Both the position numbers and the translations under genes were made by a program. From a candidate division FCPU426 bacterium (GTDB lineage Bacteria; Oederibacteriota; Muellerivitia; Muellerivitales; Muellerivitaceae): a DNA stretch of 26,997 nucleotides. Positions 14,406-24,096 of the stretch are shown piece after piece. Location of the stretch: assembly GCA_963830915.1 (NCBI GenBank), contig CAWHOE010000009.1, positions 1-26,997 on the forward strand, in the 5' to 3' direction. The notes under the pieces are model-generated. The model was not told the DNA's origin and made no database searches. It worked only from the letters and a program-made list of their open reading frames with translations. How positions within the stretch are numbered: position 1 is the stretch's first letter; each line of letters begins with the position of its first letter.

Positions 14406-16322
14406 TCAAGCCTTCCAGTTCTTGACCGTATCGATCATGACGCGGACGTTTTCCATGGGTGTCTGGGGCAAGATGCCGTGGCCCAGATTGAAGATGTGAC
14501 CCGGGCGGCCCTTGGCTTTCTTGAGGACTTCCAGGGTTTTTTCCCGGACCCTGGGGGGGTCGGTCAAAAGAACGTTCGGGTCCAGGTTGCCTTGGACCGC
14601 CAGGTCGCCCAACTGTTCCCGGGCTTTGTCCAGATCTACCCGCCAATCCACCCCAATGACATGGGCACCGGAATTCTTTAGATACGGATAGAAGGGTTCG
14701 GTTTGGGTGCCGAAATAAATGACCGGGATGCCAGGTTTGATGCCCGCGATCAGGGTCTTCAGGAAGGGAAGCACGAATTTTTGGAATTCCTCGGGGGTGA
14801 GGATGCCCACCCAGGAATCAAAAAGTTGGACAGCCTGGGCGCCGGCTTCGATCTGGTCGTTCAAATAATCCTGGGTCACATTCACCAACCTGCCCATCAA
14901 TCCGTTCCAGGTCGAGGGATCTCCCGCCAGAACGTTCTTGAGATGACTGTATTCCTTGGACCCTCCGCCTTCTATTAGATAAGAAGCCAGGGTGAATGGC
15001 GCCCCGGCAAAACCGATCAAGGGGATGGCGGGGTTCAACCGCGACCGGATGAGCCGTACCGCTTCCAAAACGTAACCCAGACCTTTCGCGATATCGCTTT
15101 GTTTCAAACGTTCCAGGTCCTCGGCGCTTCGGAAAGGATCATGAATGATGGGTCCGCCCGACTGGGCGAATTCCAGATGGAATCCCAGGGGTTCGGAGAT
15201 GAGGAGGATGTCGGCGAATAGGATGGCGGCGTCCACTCCCAGGACTTCCTGGGCGGAAACAGTGGCCTGGCAGGCCAGCTCGGGTGTCTTGCAAAGTTCC
15301 AGGAAGGAAACCTTGGAACGTATCTCCCTATACTCGGGAAGATAGCGGCCGGCCTGGCGCATGATCCAAAGGGGTGTGCGGGAAGTCGGCTCCCTTCGGC
15401 AGGCTTTCAAGAAAAGGCTTTCTTGCAGGTCGGTCTTTTTAACGGGGCTTAAGGGCGAAATCTTCTTTTTTTCCTCGAGCAGGCCCACACTTTTCTCAGC
15501 CGCTTCCTTGACCAGGAAACCCATCTTGGGATGTTCGGGGGTCAGATCGACACCAAGCCCCCGGCTTTGAAGGGCCTCGGAAGCGATGGAACCGATGGAA
15601 CAGACCACTATTTTGGAGAAAGCCTCTAAGAGATGTTTTTCCTTTCCTAAGCCCTTGGCGACATCCAGCACGTTCTGGACCTGGTTGGCGCTGGTAAAGA
15701 GGGCCACCTGGATCTTTCCCTCCAGGATGGACTCGATCAAGCGGACCAGTGGGGCGGTATCCTCAGGCAGCGCCCAACGGTAAACAGGAATCGGTAGGAC
15801 TTCGATAGCTCCTCTTTCCTTCAAGGCGTCCAGGAAATCAGGGTTGGAGACTCCATATTCCTGAACGGCGATCCTTAATCCCAGGATGGGTTTTTGAGAG
15901 TCCAGTATCTGGATGACTTCCCGCCAGGTGTTGGGTTCGGGTGCCACGATGGAAGGGGGCAGTCCATAGTCCTGGAGGGCTTTGACGGACTTGGAACCCC
16001 TGGCGGCAATAGTGACCTTCTTCAGAATGGAAAGAATATCGGATTTGGAAAAGCGGCTTTCCAAAACCTGAAAAAGGGAACGGGTTCCGACGCCGGTAAG
16101 AAAAATGACCATATCCAGTTGGTTGGCCTGGAGCCTCTGGAAGAAATCGAAAATGGCCTGGTTCTCCCCCAGGGGGATCTCCCGCATGGAAGGGGCGACC
16201 AGGGGTTTACCGCCATGCCGGAGGATGAGGTCTTCCATCTCTTTGATCATTCGGCTCTCGAAGGCGGCGACCGTGAGGCCTTGAAACCCTTGTTTTTCAA
16301 TGTCTTTGGTGAGATCGGTCAT
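14406..16322 (-). CDS. hemE: Fused uroporphyrinogen-III synthase (HemD) / uroporphyrinogen decarboxylase (HemE)
   Basis: N-half: 'AAFESR...APSMRE...FLTGVG...PEPNTWRE...VYRWALPED...FTSANQV' (HemD). C-half: 'WIMRQAGRYLPEY', 'AILFADIL', 'GFAGAPFTLASY', 'QLFDSW', 'FNLGHGI' (HemE). Start re-called at MTDLTK. Confidence 0.92.
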   Translation of the reverse strand: MTDLTKDIEKQGFQGLTVAAFESRMIKEMEDLILRHGGKPLVAPSMREIPLGENQAIFDFFQRLQANQLDMVIFLTGVGTRSLFQVLESRFSKSDILSILKKVTIAARGSKSVKALQDYGLPPSIVAPEPNTWREVIQILDSQKPILGLRIAVQEYGVSNPDFLDALKERGAIEVLPIPVYRWALPEDTAPLVRLIESILEGKIQVALFTSANQVQNVLDVAKGLGKEKHLLEAFSKIVVCSIGSIASEALQSRGLGVDLTPEHPKMGFLVKEAAEKSVGLLEEKKKISPLSPVKKTDLQESLFLKACRREPTSRTPLWIMRQAGRYLPEYREIRSKVSFLELCKTPELACQATVSAQEVLGVDAAILFADILLISEPLGFHLEFAQSGGPIIHDPFRSAEDLERLKQSDIAKGLGYVLEAVRLIRSRLNPAIPLIGFAGAPFTLASYLIEGGGSKEYSHLKNVLAGDPSTWNGLMGRLVNVTQDYLNDQIEAGAQAVQLFDSWVGILTPEEFQKFVLPFLKTLIAGIKPGIPVIYFGTQTEPFYPYLKNSGAHVIGVDWRVDLDKAREQLGDLAVQGNLDPNVLLTDPPRVREKTLEVLKKAKGRPGHIFNLGHGILPQTPMENVRVMIDTVKNWKA

Positions 16323-16565
16323 GGGCGCAGTATAAAAGTGGGGGAGTTGGAAATCCAGCAACTTGCGTCCCTTTGCTTTTTCGTGATCCGATATTGGGGA
16401 ATCCTCCTTAAATGGCAGTCAGCTCAGACTGTGATGATGGTCATACTAGCCGGTGATTATCCGAAAAAAGAGAAACGGTGTCGGGGTTCGTGCGGGTATA
16501 ATTGTCCTGGGTGAGTGATTTTGTGTTTATGCCATTAGACTATAAATAGGCATAACGAGGGGTCT

Positions 16566-17932
16566 ATGAAATGTCCCGGCTGTAGTTTCGAGCAGGCGGA
16601 TGGGCGTATCGATTGCGAGATATGCGGTCTAGTATTCGAAAAATGGTTCCAACGGCATCCGGTGGAAGGCCACACGGCTGATCCGGCCGCTCCCGCGGCG
16701 GCGACACCGGCGGCTCCCGCGCCATCGGCTTCAACACCAGCGGCCCCTCCCGCCCAACCCGTATCCGCGCCAACTCCGGCGGCGGTGCCAGTGAAAAAGG
16801 CGGAACCGCCTAAAGAATCACCCCAAGCGCCCGCGAAAGTCCAAGCTCCATCCGTTCCTCCGCCTTCCGCGCCGGCCGTCAAACCGCCCGCTCCACACGA
16901 GGAGCCCATCCCCATGGTGCCCGTTCCGGAAAAAGCCCCGGAGGTCCATACCCCCCCGGCCCATCCTCCTGTCGGCATAACCACCCTGGTGACCGGTTCG
17001 ATCGCGGTCGTCCTGGCGGTGCTCTTATTCGCCTTGGGAAACTCTTACCTGAATGACTCCAACAAGCGGACGCCCAAATGCATCGTGACCTTGGGGGACG
17101 CGGGAAGCGATGAGGGCGAGATGAACATGCCCATCGCGGTCGCGGTCGACCGTAACGGCAACGTTTACCTCTCTGATTGGGGTAACAGCCGTATCCAAAA
17201 GTTCGATTCCAATGGGCAATTCCTGCTGGCTTGGGGCACGCCCGGTTCGGCGCCAGGGCAGTTCAACACGCCCCAACAATTGGCGATCGATTCGCAGGAC
17301 AGGCTCTATGTGGTCGAAGCCGGTAACAACCGGGTCCAGAGATTCGACTTGAACGGGAATTTTCTCGGCGGGTGGGGCTCGCTGGGTTCGGAGCCAGGTC
17401 AGTTCAAACAGCCCTGGGGTCTGGCCATCAGCGCCAAGGATGAGAATCTATGTCACCGACTTGAACAATAATCGTGTCCAGAAATTCGACGGGGATGGAC
17501 ACTGTCTCAAAGCCTGGGGCGCTTATGGCAAGGACCAGGGTAATTTCAACCAACCCCATGGGATCGCGGTGGATAGTGACGGCAATGTTTACGTGGCGGA
17601 TAACGCGGAGAGGTCCCAGAAATTCGACTTGAACGGGACCTTCGTGGCCCAAACGGGAACTTTCGGCCATGAGCCCGGAGAGTTCCATAAGATCCAGGGA
17701 TTGGCTTTGGACAAGGCGGGAAGGCTTTACGCGGCCGACGGAGGGAATTACCGGATCCAGGTATTCGACCAACAGCTTAAATTGCTCACGACCTGGGGCC
17801 AGATGGGGGCCAAGCCGGGACAGTTCAACACCCCCGGGGGCATCGCGTTGGGATCCCAACGGGTTCATCTACGTGACGGACTTCCAGAACGACCGCATCG
17901 AGAAATTCTCGGCTTTGAACCTGGATAAATAA
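16566..17932 (+). CDS. Membrane-anchored NHL-repeat beta-propeller with N-terminal zinc ribbon and Pro/Ala-rich linker; two +1 frameshifts (~17445, ~17848)
   Basis: CPGC..CEIC, Pro-rich tract, TM helix, then six NHL blades spread over ORFs 16566-17471, 17440-17928 and 17669-17932. Confidence 0.85.
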
Positions 17933-17936
17933 AGCC

Positions 17937-18281
17937 TCAGATCATCTCCGGGTGTTCGGGGGCGGTGATGAACATCACACAGCCTTTTTCCGAATGGTCG
18001 GCGTGGATGGCGTCGGGCGGGGTATAGAGAAAATCACCGGCTTTCAATAGATCGTTCCCGATGCGCACTTCCCCCTCCAGTACCAGGATCTGAGCGCCTC
18101 CGTTATGCTTGTGGGCCGGATAAGTGGTGCCAGGCTCCAATTTCAACAAAAGCGCCCGTTCTCCCAAGGCCGTGTTATTCCGCAATAATTTTGAGGAGAC
18201 ACCCTTGGTCTTGGACGGCTTCCAGACACCGTCGTTCTTTCGGACCAGGGAACCCATTTTAAAGGACTCGGACAGACCCAT
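17937..18281 (-). CDS. ChrR-like cupin domain protein
   Basis: GGAGG RBS before MGLSES; 'LLKLEPGTTYPAHKHNGG...VLEGE...GDFLYTPPDAIH...SEKGC'. Confidence 0.8.
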   Translation of the reverse strand: MGLSESFKMGSLVRKNDGVWKPSKTKGVSSKLLRNNTALGERALLLKLEPGTTYPAHKHNGGAQILVLEGEVRIGNDLLKAGDFLYTPPDAIHADHSEKGCVMFITAPEHPEMI

Positions 18282-18413
18282 TTTTTCCTCCAGGAAAACT
18301 TTCGAAGCGGCGAAGATATTACCAGACTTGGGGGAAAGTTCCACTAGGGGATGTGGACCACTCCAAGGGATATGACGGATGGATGGGTTCGGTAAGAACA
18401 GGAGAACAAGCGC

Positions 18414-18977
18414 TTGAAAAAAATGGCCGGCATTTTCATCCAGGGTATCGCGTTGGGATCGATCCTAGGGCTTTGCCTGGCGGAAGGGCTGGCCCTGATC
18501 TTCCGCGTGACCCACGGAACGACGGTCGGTCATACGACCCTCTATTTTCTCGTGGTCGGGGGCTTGATGGGATTCCTGGGGGGATGGTGCCTGGCCCTTC
18601 AGATGGTACTGAACCATCTTTTAAGCCTCCTGTTCTTCCAGATCTCCCAATTGGTTCCCTTGACCGGGTCGGTCATCGGGGAGGAATGGGTTTCTCGGAT
18701 GGAGACTTTTTTCAGGGAGGTCCTGCGACCCATGCCCAAGTTATTCGGGAGGTTGGTGAATTATTTCCTGGTCACCCGCTTCCGGGATTACGGGAGGGTC
18801 AACCGATCCATCGAGAAAGCCAAGAAGCAACAACGCCTTCAGGCCTATTCGCCCGAATGGACCGCCCGGGTGGTGCTCCACTACTTTTTGGAACCATTAT
18901 GGGCCTTCTTCTATACCGCCTATGTTATCCTCTTTGGCGTCACCTGCGTTCTTTGGAGCATCCCTTTCCTGGGATAG
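18414..18977 (+). CDS. Hypothetical membrane protein (3 TM)
   Basis: AGGAG RBS; hydrophobic helices; host-like codon usage. Confidence 0.65.
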   Translation: MKKMAGIFIQGIALGSILGLCLAEGLALIFRVTHGTTVGHTTLYFLVVGGLMGFLGGWCLALQMVLNHLLSLLFFQISQLVPLTGSVIGEEWVSRMETFFREVLRPMPKLFGRLVNYFLVTRFRDYGRVNRSIEKAKKQQRLQAYSPEWTARVVLHYFLEPLWAFFYTAYVILFGVTCVLWSIPFLG

Positions 18978-19022
18978 TTCCAATGCGGATTTCTCGACCT
19001 TCAATTCAAGACAGGGGTTCGG

Positions 19023-19820
19023 ATGGACGGCATCAACTCAACTTACCAAAAATGGAAAAGCCTGCAATCCCATTGGGAGGACGAGGATTTCCTGAAGTCC
19101 CTGACGTCCCTGATGCGGCTTCGCTATCGGCGGTTGGACGAAAGAGTGGGGATGATCTTTCGGAGCGAGTTCGGGAAACTGAAGGACAAGCCCCTCCTGT
19201 TGGATATGGGATGCGGAAGGGCGGAATTCGCCGCTTTCATGAGGACCCAATGGAAGGATGACCCCGAGCAACAAAGGGACGCCTGGAACTATCTGGGATT
19301 GGAACCCTCCGCGGAACAATTGGGAAAAAGGGAGGTCCCGACCATGGGACTGGGGTTCATCCAGGCCATGGCGGAACAAGTGCCCTTGCCCGATATGGTC
19401 GCCCATGGGGTGCTCTTGAAGGAAGTGATCGACCATTGTTATGACCCGGTCTCGGTTTTCCGGGAGGCCAAGCGGGTGTTGAAACCGGGAGGCGTCCTGG
19501 TGGTGACCGTCACCAACGACAAGTCCTATTTCAAGAAACTGCTTCCCTGGGTGAACCGGGCCAACAAATCCAGGCAAACGGACCATCTCTTTTTTTTCGG
19601 TCCGGACGACCTGAGGAAACTGGCGGAGGCCACCCAATTTGACAGGGTATGGGTGGAAACCTATAATTACCTGAAATTACCCCGGCTCCTGGAATCGGCA
19701 TTGGGCCTTCTGGGGCCTGTCATCAGTCGATGGGCCTTGAACCTCACCGACGCCGCCGGAAAGATCCTTTTACCGGGCTTGGGCGGCGGTATCATCTTGA
19801 AAGCCTATAAAAAACAATAA
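19023..19820 (+). CDS. Class I SAM-dependent methyltransferase
   Basis: 'LLDMGCGRA', 'GLEPS', 'AEQVPLPD', 'REAKRVLKPGGVLVV'. Confidence 0.88.
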   Translation: MDGINSTYQKWKSLQSHWEDEDFLKSLTSLMRLRYRRLDERVGMIFRSEFGKLKDKPLLLDMGCGRAEFAAFMRTQWKDDPEQQRDAWNYLGLEPSAEQLGKREVPTMGLGFIQAMAEQVPLPDMVAHGVLLKEVIDHCYDPVSVFREAKRVLKPGGVLVVTVTNDKSYFKKLLPWVNRANKSRQTDHLFFFGPDDLRKLAEATQFDRVWVETYNYLKLPRLLESALGLLGPVISRWALNLTDAAGKILLPGLGGGIILKAYKKQ

Positions 19821-19831
19821 AGAGGAAATCC

Positions 19832-19992
19832 TTGAACAATGAACTGTTGAATATCCTGATCTGTCCCGCCTGCGGCTCGGCGTTGCGTGAGAAAGAAAAT
19901 GTCATCGAATGTACCGCCTGCAAGAACCGTTATCCCATTGAGAACGGTATCCTGTCCTATTAGTGGACCGTGCTGAAAAAGCCAAACGCTAA
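19832..19992 (+). CDS. Trm112-like (YcaR-type) small zinc-binding protein; -1 frameshift at ~19951
   Basis: Not in the ORF track. TTG start after AGAGGA gives LNNELLNILICPACGSAL...ECTACKNRYPIENGI; adding one C restores PVLLVDRAEKAKR*. Confidence 0.8.
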
Positions 19993-21106
19993 GCCCCTTC
20001 GTATCGGGGTTGACGCCAGGCTCGCCTTCCGCCGGGGCGTCGGTACCTATACCGCCAATCTTCTATTAGCGCTCGCCAAGGTCGACCGTAAAAACCTCTA
20101 TTATCTTTTCAACGCGCCGGAGAATTTAAGGACAGGCATCCGCGAAGCCCGGGTCCATTACGTCGACCTTCCTTTTACCAACGCCGCCTATTACGAACAG
20201 GTCCTGTTACCCCGGGAAGCCCGGAAAATAGGGCTGGATTTCCTACATTATGTGGACAACTCGGCCAGCGTTTGGACCGATTTCCCTTTTGTCCTGACCC
20301 TCCATGACACGATGTATCAACGTCCCCTTCGCCAGGTCCGCCCCCATCCGACCCTGCGTCAAAGGTTGATCCACGCCTATAAACAATGGGCCATTCCATC
20401 CTCGGCCAGGAAGGCCAGGGCCATCCTGACGGTATCGAAACATTCCAAGGAACAGATCGTCGAGAAGATAGGAGTGGAACCGTCTAAGGTTCAGGTGACC
20501 CCGGAAGGAGTGGATCTGGACCGTTTCAAGAAGACGGTCCGGAAAGCTTCTTCTCTTTTCCGGATCCTTGTCCATGGAGCAGCGGATGAGAGGAAAAATC
20601 TCTCGAACGTGTTGAAAACCATCAAGCTTTTGGCCGACCAGAGAAAAAGAATCAGATTGGCTGTCATTGGTATGGATGAGACGGAATTGAAATGCACCGA
20701 TTATCTTGGGGAGGCAACCTCGCTGGGAGTTGGCCACCTGGTGGATTGGGCGGGAAACGTGCCTGGCGAAACCCTTCAAAGGGTCTATTCGGAATCGGAC
20801 CTTTTTCTTTATCCCTCCCGTTGGGAAGGTTTCGGGCTGCCCGTACTGGAAGCCTTCGCCTGTGGTGTGCCGGTCGTTACTTCCAACTCGACATCCTTAC
20901 CCGAGGTCGCGGGGGACGCGGCCTTGTTGGTGGATCCGGAGGATCCGGCGGCCATCGCGGGGGCGGTGAGACAGCTGATGGAAAAACCCCTATTAAGGAA
21001 ACGTTGTATTCAAAAGGGATTGAAGAGGGTAGGAAAATTCACATGGGAAAGGACCGCCCAACTTACCCTTGGGGTCTACGAACAGGTCCGGGCGGGGATA
21101 GAATGA
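19970..21106 (+). CDS. Glycosyltransferase family 4 (GT-B)
   Basis: 'RIGVDAR...GVGTYT', 'LTLHD', 'FLYPSRWEGFGLPVLEAFACGVPVVTSNSTSLPEVAGDAA'. Confidence 0.92.
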   Translation: MLKKPNAKPLRIGVDARLAFRRGVGTYTANLLLALAKVDRKNLYYLFNAPENLRTGIREARVHYVDLPFTNAAYYEQVLLPREARKIGLDFLHYVDNSASVWTDFPFVLTLHDTMYQRPLRQVRPHPTLRQRLIHAYKQWAIPSSARKARAILTVSKHSKEQIVEKIGVEPSKVQVTPEGVDLDRFKKTVRKASSLFRILVHGAADERKNLSNVLKTIKLLADQRKRIRLAVIGMDETELKCTDYLGEATSLGVGHLVDWAGNVPGETLQRVYSESDLFLYPSRWEGFGLPVLEAFACGVPVVTSNSTSLPEVAGDAALLVDPEDPAAIAGAVRQLMEKPLLRKRCIQKGLKRVGKFTWERTAQLTLGVYEQVRAGIE

Positions 21107-22857
21107 CCCACACCCAAAAGCGATTCGACCCTCTCCTTCCAATGTTATTCATATTGGAATTGACTTCATTGTTCGTCTTTAGTTTCAGGACAGGAGCGAT
21201 CTTGCCGGAACCCTGGATGTGCCCGACCCTTTTGGGAATTTACTTCCTGGGTGGTGTTTTACTTTTAATCGGTATGGAAATATGGCTATTAATAAAGTTC
21301 GATAAGGAGCCGGTCAAATTTTGGCCCCTGGCCCTGACCCATCTGCCCTGGGTCCTGGGCTGGATGCTTCCCTTGGTGACCCAGATGACATTCCCCCCTC
21401 CGCAGGATTTCCTTCTGCGGAAGATCCAGGTGCTTTTCGGCGCCATGTGGATGAGCCATCTTTTCCTGTTCACCGGATGGTTCCTTTATAAGACCAGGAA
21501 GAATGGGTTGGCCGTATCCAGGACTTTCGGGGCGGTGGCGGTCTTCTTTTTCCTGGGAACGACCCTTTGGACCACCCAATGCGACCTGAGCGGGGACGAG
21601 CCCCATTACCTGATGATGACCTACAGTCTTATCCACGATGGGGACCTGGACCTGACCAACCAATACGCGAATAAAGATTATGAGAAGTTCTACCACAGGG
21701 GAGTGTTGACCCCTCAGGGGCTGGACCATTGGATCAATGGGAAGCTTTACAGTTACCATCCGCTGGGTCCGGCTTTGTTGGCGCTACCGGGTTTCGCGTT
21801 ACTGGGCAGGATGGGCGCGGCCCTGACCATGGCGGTCCTGACGGCCTTGGCTTTTTTCCTGACCCTCCTGATCTTGGAAAGGGTCGGGGCCAGGGGGTTA
21901 CCCTTGAGGGCGGTCGGGTGGGTCGGCTTATTCTCCAGTCCTTTCCTGCTGTTCGCCGGCTTGATCTATCCCGAGGTTCCCACCGCTTGTTTGGTCTCGT
22001 TGAGCCTGTTGCTTTTTTTAGAGAAACGATGGAACTGGCTGGGTTTTTGTCTGGGGCTTATGTTATGGATGCATAACCGCAACGTCCTTTTGGTCATCCC
22101 CCTGTTGCTTTTATTGAGCGACGAAGTCAGAAAGGAACCCGGCGAGAAGGTCTTGAAGATATCCAAGATGTGGGCCTGGTTCCTCGTCCCTACGGCGGTA
22201 CTGGCTTTATACTTCGAATGGACCTATGGGGTCTTCACCCCATTGGGGGCCCATCACGAGCCTTTCACCTCCCTTTTTCCCTTCGCCCGTTTCTTCACGG
22301 GTTTTTTCGGTCTGCTCCTGGACCAGGAATGCGGTCTTTGGTTCCATTTCCCCATTTTCGCCTTGGCGGTCACGGGGGCCATGTTGCTGTACCATTCTCA
22401 AAATCCCTTGAGGCGCTTGACCCTTGGCACTTTTGGTTTTTTCTTCCTCTTCATGTCCTTCTACGAGAATTTGGGATTGACCCCGGCGACCCGCTATATG
22501 GTCGGAGTAACGCCCCTGCTGCTGATCATGCTTTATCACGCCTTTGAGAAGATCACCCAATGGGACATCTGGGCCAAGCTGGCGGTGCTTTCCATCGCGG
22601 TTGGGATCCTGATGAATGGCATACTCTCCGCGGTCCCCTGGATGAGGTATAACAAGCTGGATGGGGAAAACATGATGCTGAAGCTGGCCGGATCGGCCGT
22701 CGGACTTCCCCTGACCAAATGGGAACCCGCTTTCCAGGCCCCGGTGATCGAGATGAAAAGTTATTGGATCAGCGCCTTTTGGGTGGCGGCGGCTATTGGG
22801 TTCACCCTCTGGTTCCTGAAAGGCCATCTGGCCAAAGGCCGAAAGGAAAAAGTTTGA
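21103..22857 (+). CDS. Polytopic GT-C-like membrane glycosyltransferase
   Basis: ATG overlaps the previous stop (ATGA); 'SGDEPHYLMMTYSLIHDGDLDLTNQY', 'IYPEVP', 'GLLLDQECGL'. Confidence 0.75.
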   Translation: MTHTQKRFDPLLPMLFILELTSLFVFSFRTGAILPEPWMCPTLLGIYFLGGVLLLIGMEIWLLIKFDKEPVKFWPLALTHLPWVLGWMLPLVTQMTFPPPQDFLLRKIQVLFGAMWMSHLFLFTGWFLYKTRKNGLAVSRTFGAVAVFFFLGTTLWTTQCDLSGDEPHYLMMTYSLIHDGDLDLTNQYANKDYEKFYHRGVLTPQGLDHWINGKLYSYHPLGPALLALPGFALLGRMGAALTMAVLTALAFFLTLLILERVGARGLPLRAVGWVGLFSSPFLLFAGLIYPEVPTACLVSLSLLLFLEKRWNWLGFCLGLMLWMHNRNVLLVIPLLLLLSDEVRKEPGEKVLKISKMWAWFLVPTAVLALYFEWTYGVFTPLGAHHEPFTSLFPFARFFTGFFGLLLDQECGLWFHFPIFALAVTGAMLLYHSQNPLRRLTLGTFGFFFLFMSFYENLGLTPATRYMVGVTPLLLIMLYHAFEKITQWDIWAKLAVLSIAVGILMNGILSAVPWMRYNKLDGENMMLKLAGSAVGLPLTKWEPAFQAPVIEMKSYWISAFWVAAAIGFTLWFLKGHLAKGRKEKV

Positions 22858-24083
22858 ACATACTCGTATTGACCCCTCTGGTCCCTTACCCACCCCATGA
22901 CGGGGATAAGCTAAGGCTTTATCATTTCCTCCGCGAGTTGAAAAGGCAGGGCCACGTGATCGACCTGGTTTGCCTCACCAGGGTCCGGGAAAACTTTTCC
23001 CATGGACCGGAACTGGAAAAAATATGCCGGGAAGTCATCTTGGAACACTTGACCGACCGGGAACTGTTCTTCAACCTGATCGGGGGGATGATGATGGGGT
23101 TGTCCTTGAATGTGTCGAGCTATTTTTCCCCCAGGCTCCGGGAAAGGATCAGGGCCTATTGGGCCGGTCCTCGGGGTCAAAGGGTCGATGTGGTATTGGC
23201 CCACCGTTTGCGGATGGCGCCGGCGGCATTCGAGGGAAATCCCGGTAAGCCGGTCGTGTTGGAACTGACCGACAGCCTGACGGCCTATACGGGCCTGCTG
23301 AAGGGGCAAAAAGATGCCAGGTTCTCCCGGCGATGGAGTGCCTGGTGGGACCATTGGTTCCTCAAGAGCGAGGAAGCCGAATGGACCAGCAAGGCTTTCA
23401 AAAGCGTCGTGATCTCGCCCGCGGACGCCCAGGCGTTATGGGAATGCGGCGCGCCATTTTCGAAGGTGGAGGTCATTCCCAATGGGATATCCTTGGACCG
23501 AAAGGCGGGGAATAAGAGGCCTTCCATCTATCCAGCCGACCGACCGGTGGTGTGCTTCGTGGGAAATATGGGATATACCGCCAATGAGGACGGGGCCCTT
23601 TGGTTCCTAAATAAGATATGGCCCTTGATCAAACATGAGGTTCCCGACGCAGTTTTCGCGGCGGTCGGCGGCCAACCCCGGGAAAAATTGAGGCATTACC
23701 ACAACGGCGATGATATTTGGGTCACGGGTTGGGTTCCCGAAGTAGAATCCTATGTGAAATACGCACAGGTGACGGTCGCTCCTTTAAGAGTGGCGGCCGG
23801 GATGCAGAATAAAGTGGCCTTGAGCCTGGGATTGGGCGTTCCGGTGGTCGCCACCTCCGCGGCGGTTGGATGGCTTCCACCCGATGGAAGGAAGTGGGTC
23901 TTAGAGGCGCAAGAGGAAGAGGATTTCGCCAGGAAGGTTGCGGAAACCCTTTTGAGACCAAGAAAAGCCAAGGCCCTGGCGATGAAGGGCAGGGGATTCA
24001 TTTTGAGAACCTATCGATGGAACGTGTCAGGAAAAGCGCTGGGAAAAGTGTTGAGGGAAGCGGCCAGAACGAAAGATTCATGA
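22854..24083 (+). CDS. Glycosyltransferase family 4
   Basis: TTG overlaps the previous stop; 'ILVLTPLVPYPPHDGDKLRLYH', 'FVGNMGYTAN', 'VAPLRVAAGMQNKV'. Confidence 0.88.
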   Translation: MNILVLTPLVPYPPHDGDKLRLYHFLRELKRQGHVIDLVCLTRVRENFSHGPELEKICREVILEHLTDRELFFNLIGGMMMGLSLNVSSYFSPRLRERIRAYWAGPRGQRVDVVLAHRLRMAPAAFEGNPGKPVVLELTDSLTAYTGLLKGQKDARFSRRWSAWWDHWFLKSEEAEWTSKAFKSVVISPADAQALWECGAPFSKVEVIPNGISLDRKAGNKRPSIYPADRPVVCFVGNMGYTANEDGALWFLNKIWPLIKHEVPDAVFAAVGGQPREKLRHYHNGDDIWVTGWVPEVESYVKYAQVTVAPLRVAAGMQNKVALSLGLGVPVVATSAAVGWLPPDGRKWVLEAQEEEDFARKVAETLLRPRKAKALAMKGRGFILRTYRWNVSGKALGKVLREAARTKDS

Positions 24084-24096
24084 GACTGGGGTTCAT

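Noticed and set aside
20692..21102. Long N-terminal extensions in the ORF track (20692, and likewise 22719, 11070, 18344, 16361)
   Set aside because: They overlap neighbouring genes or repeats; better starts exist with stop/start coupling or an RBS.
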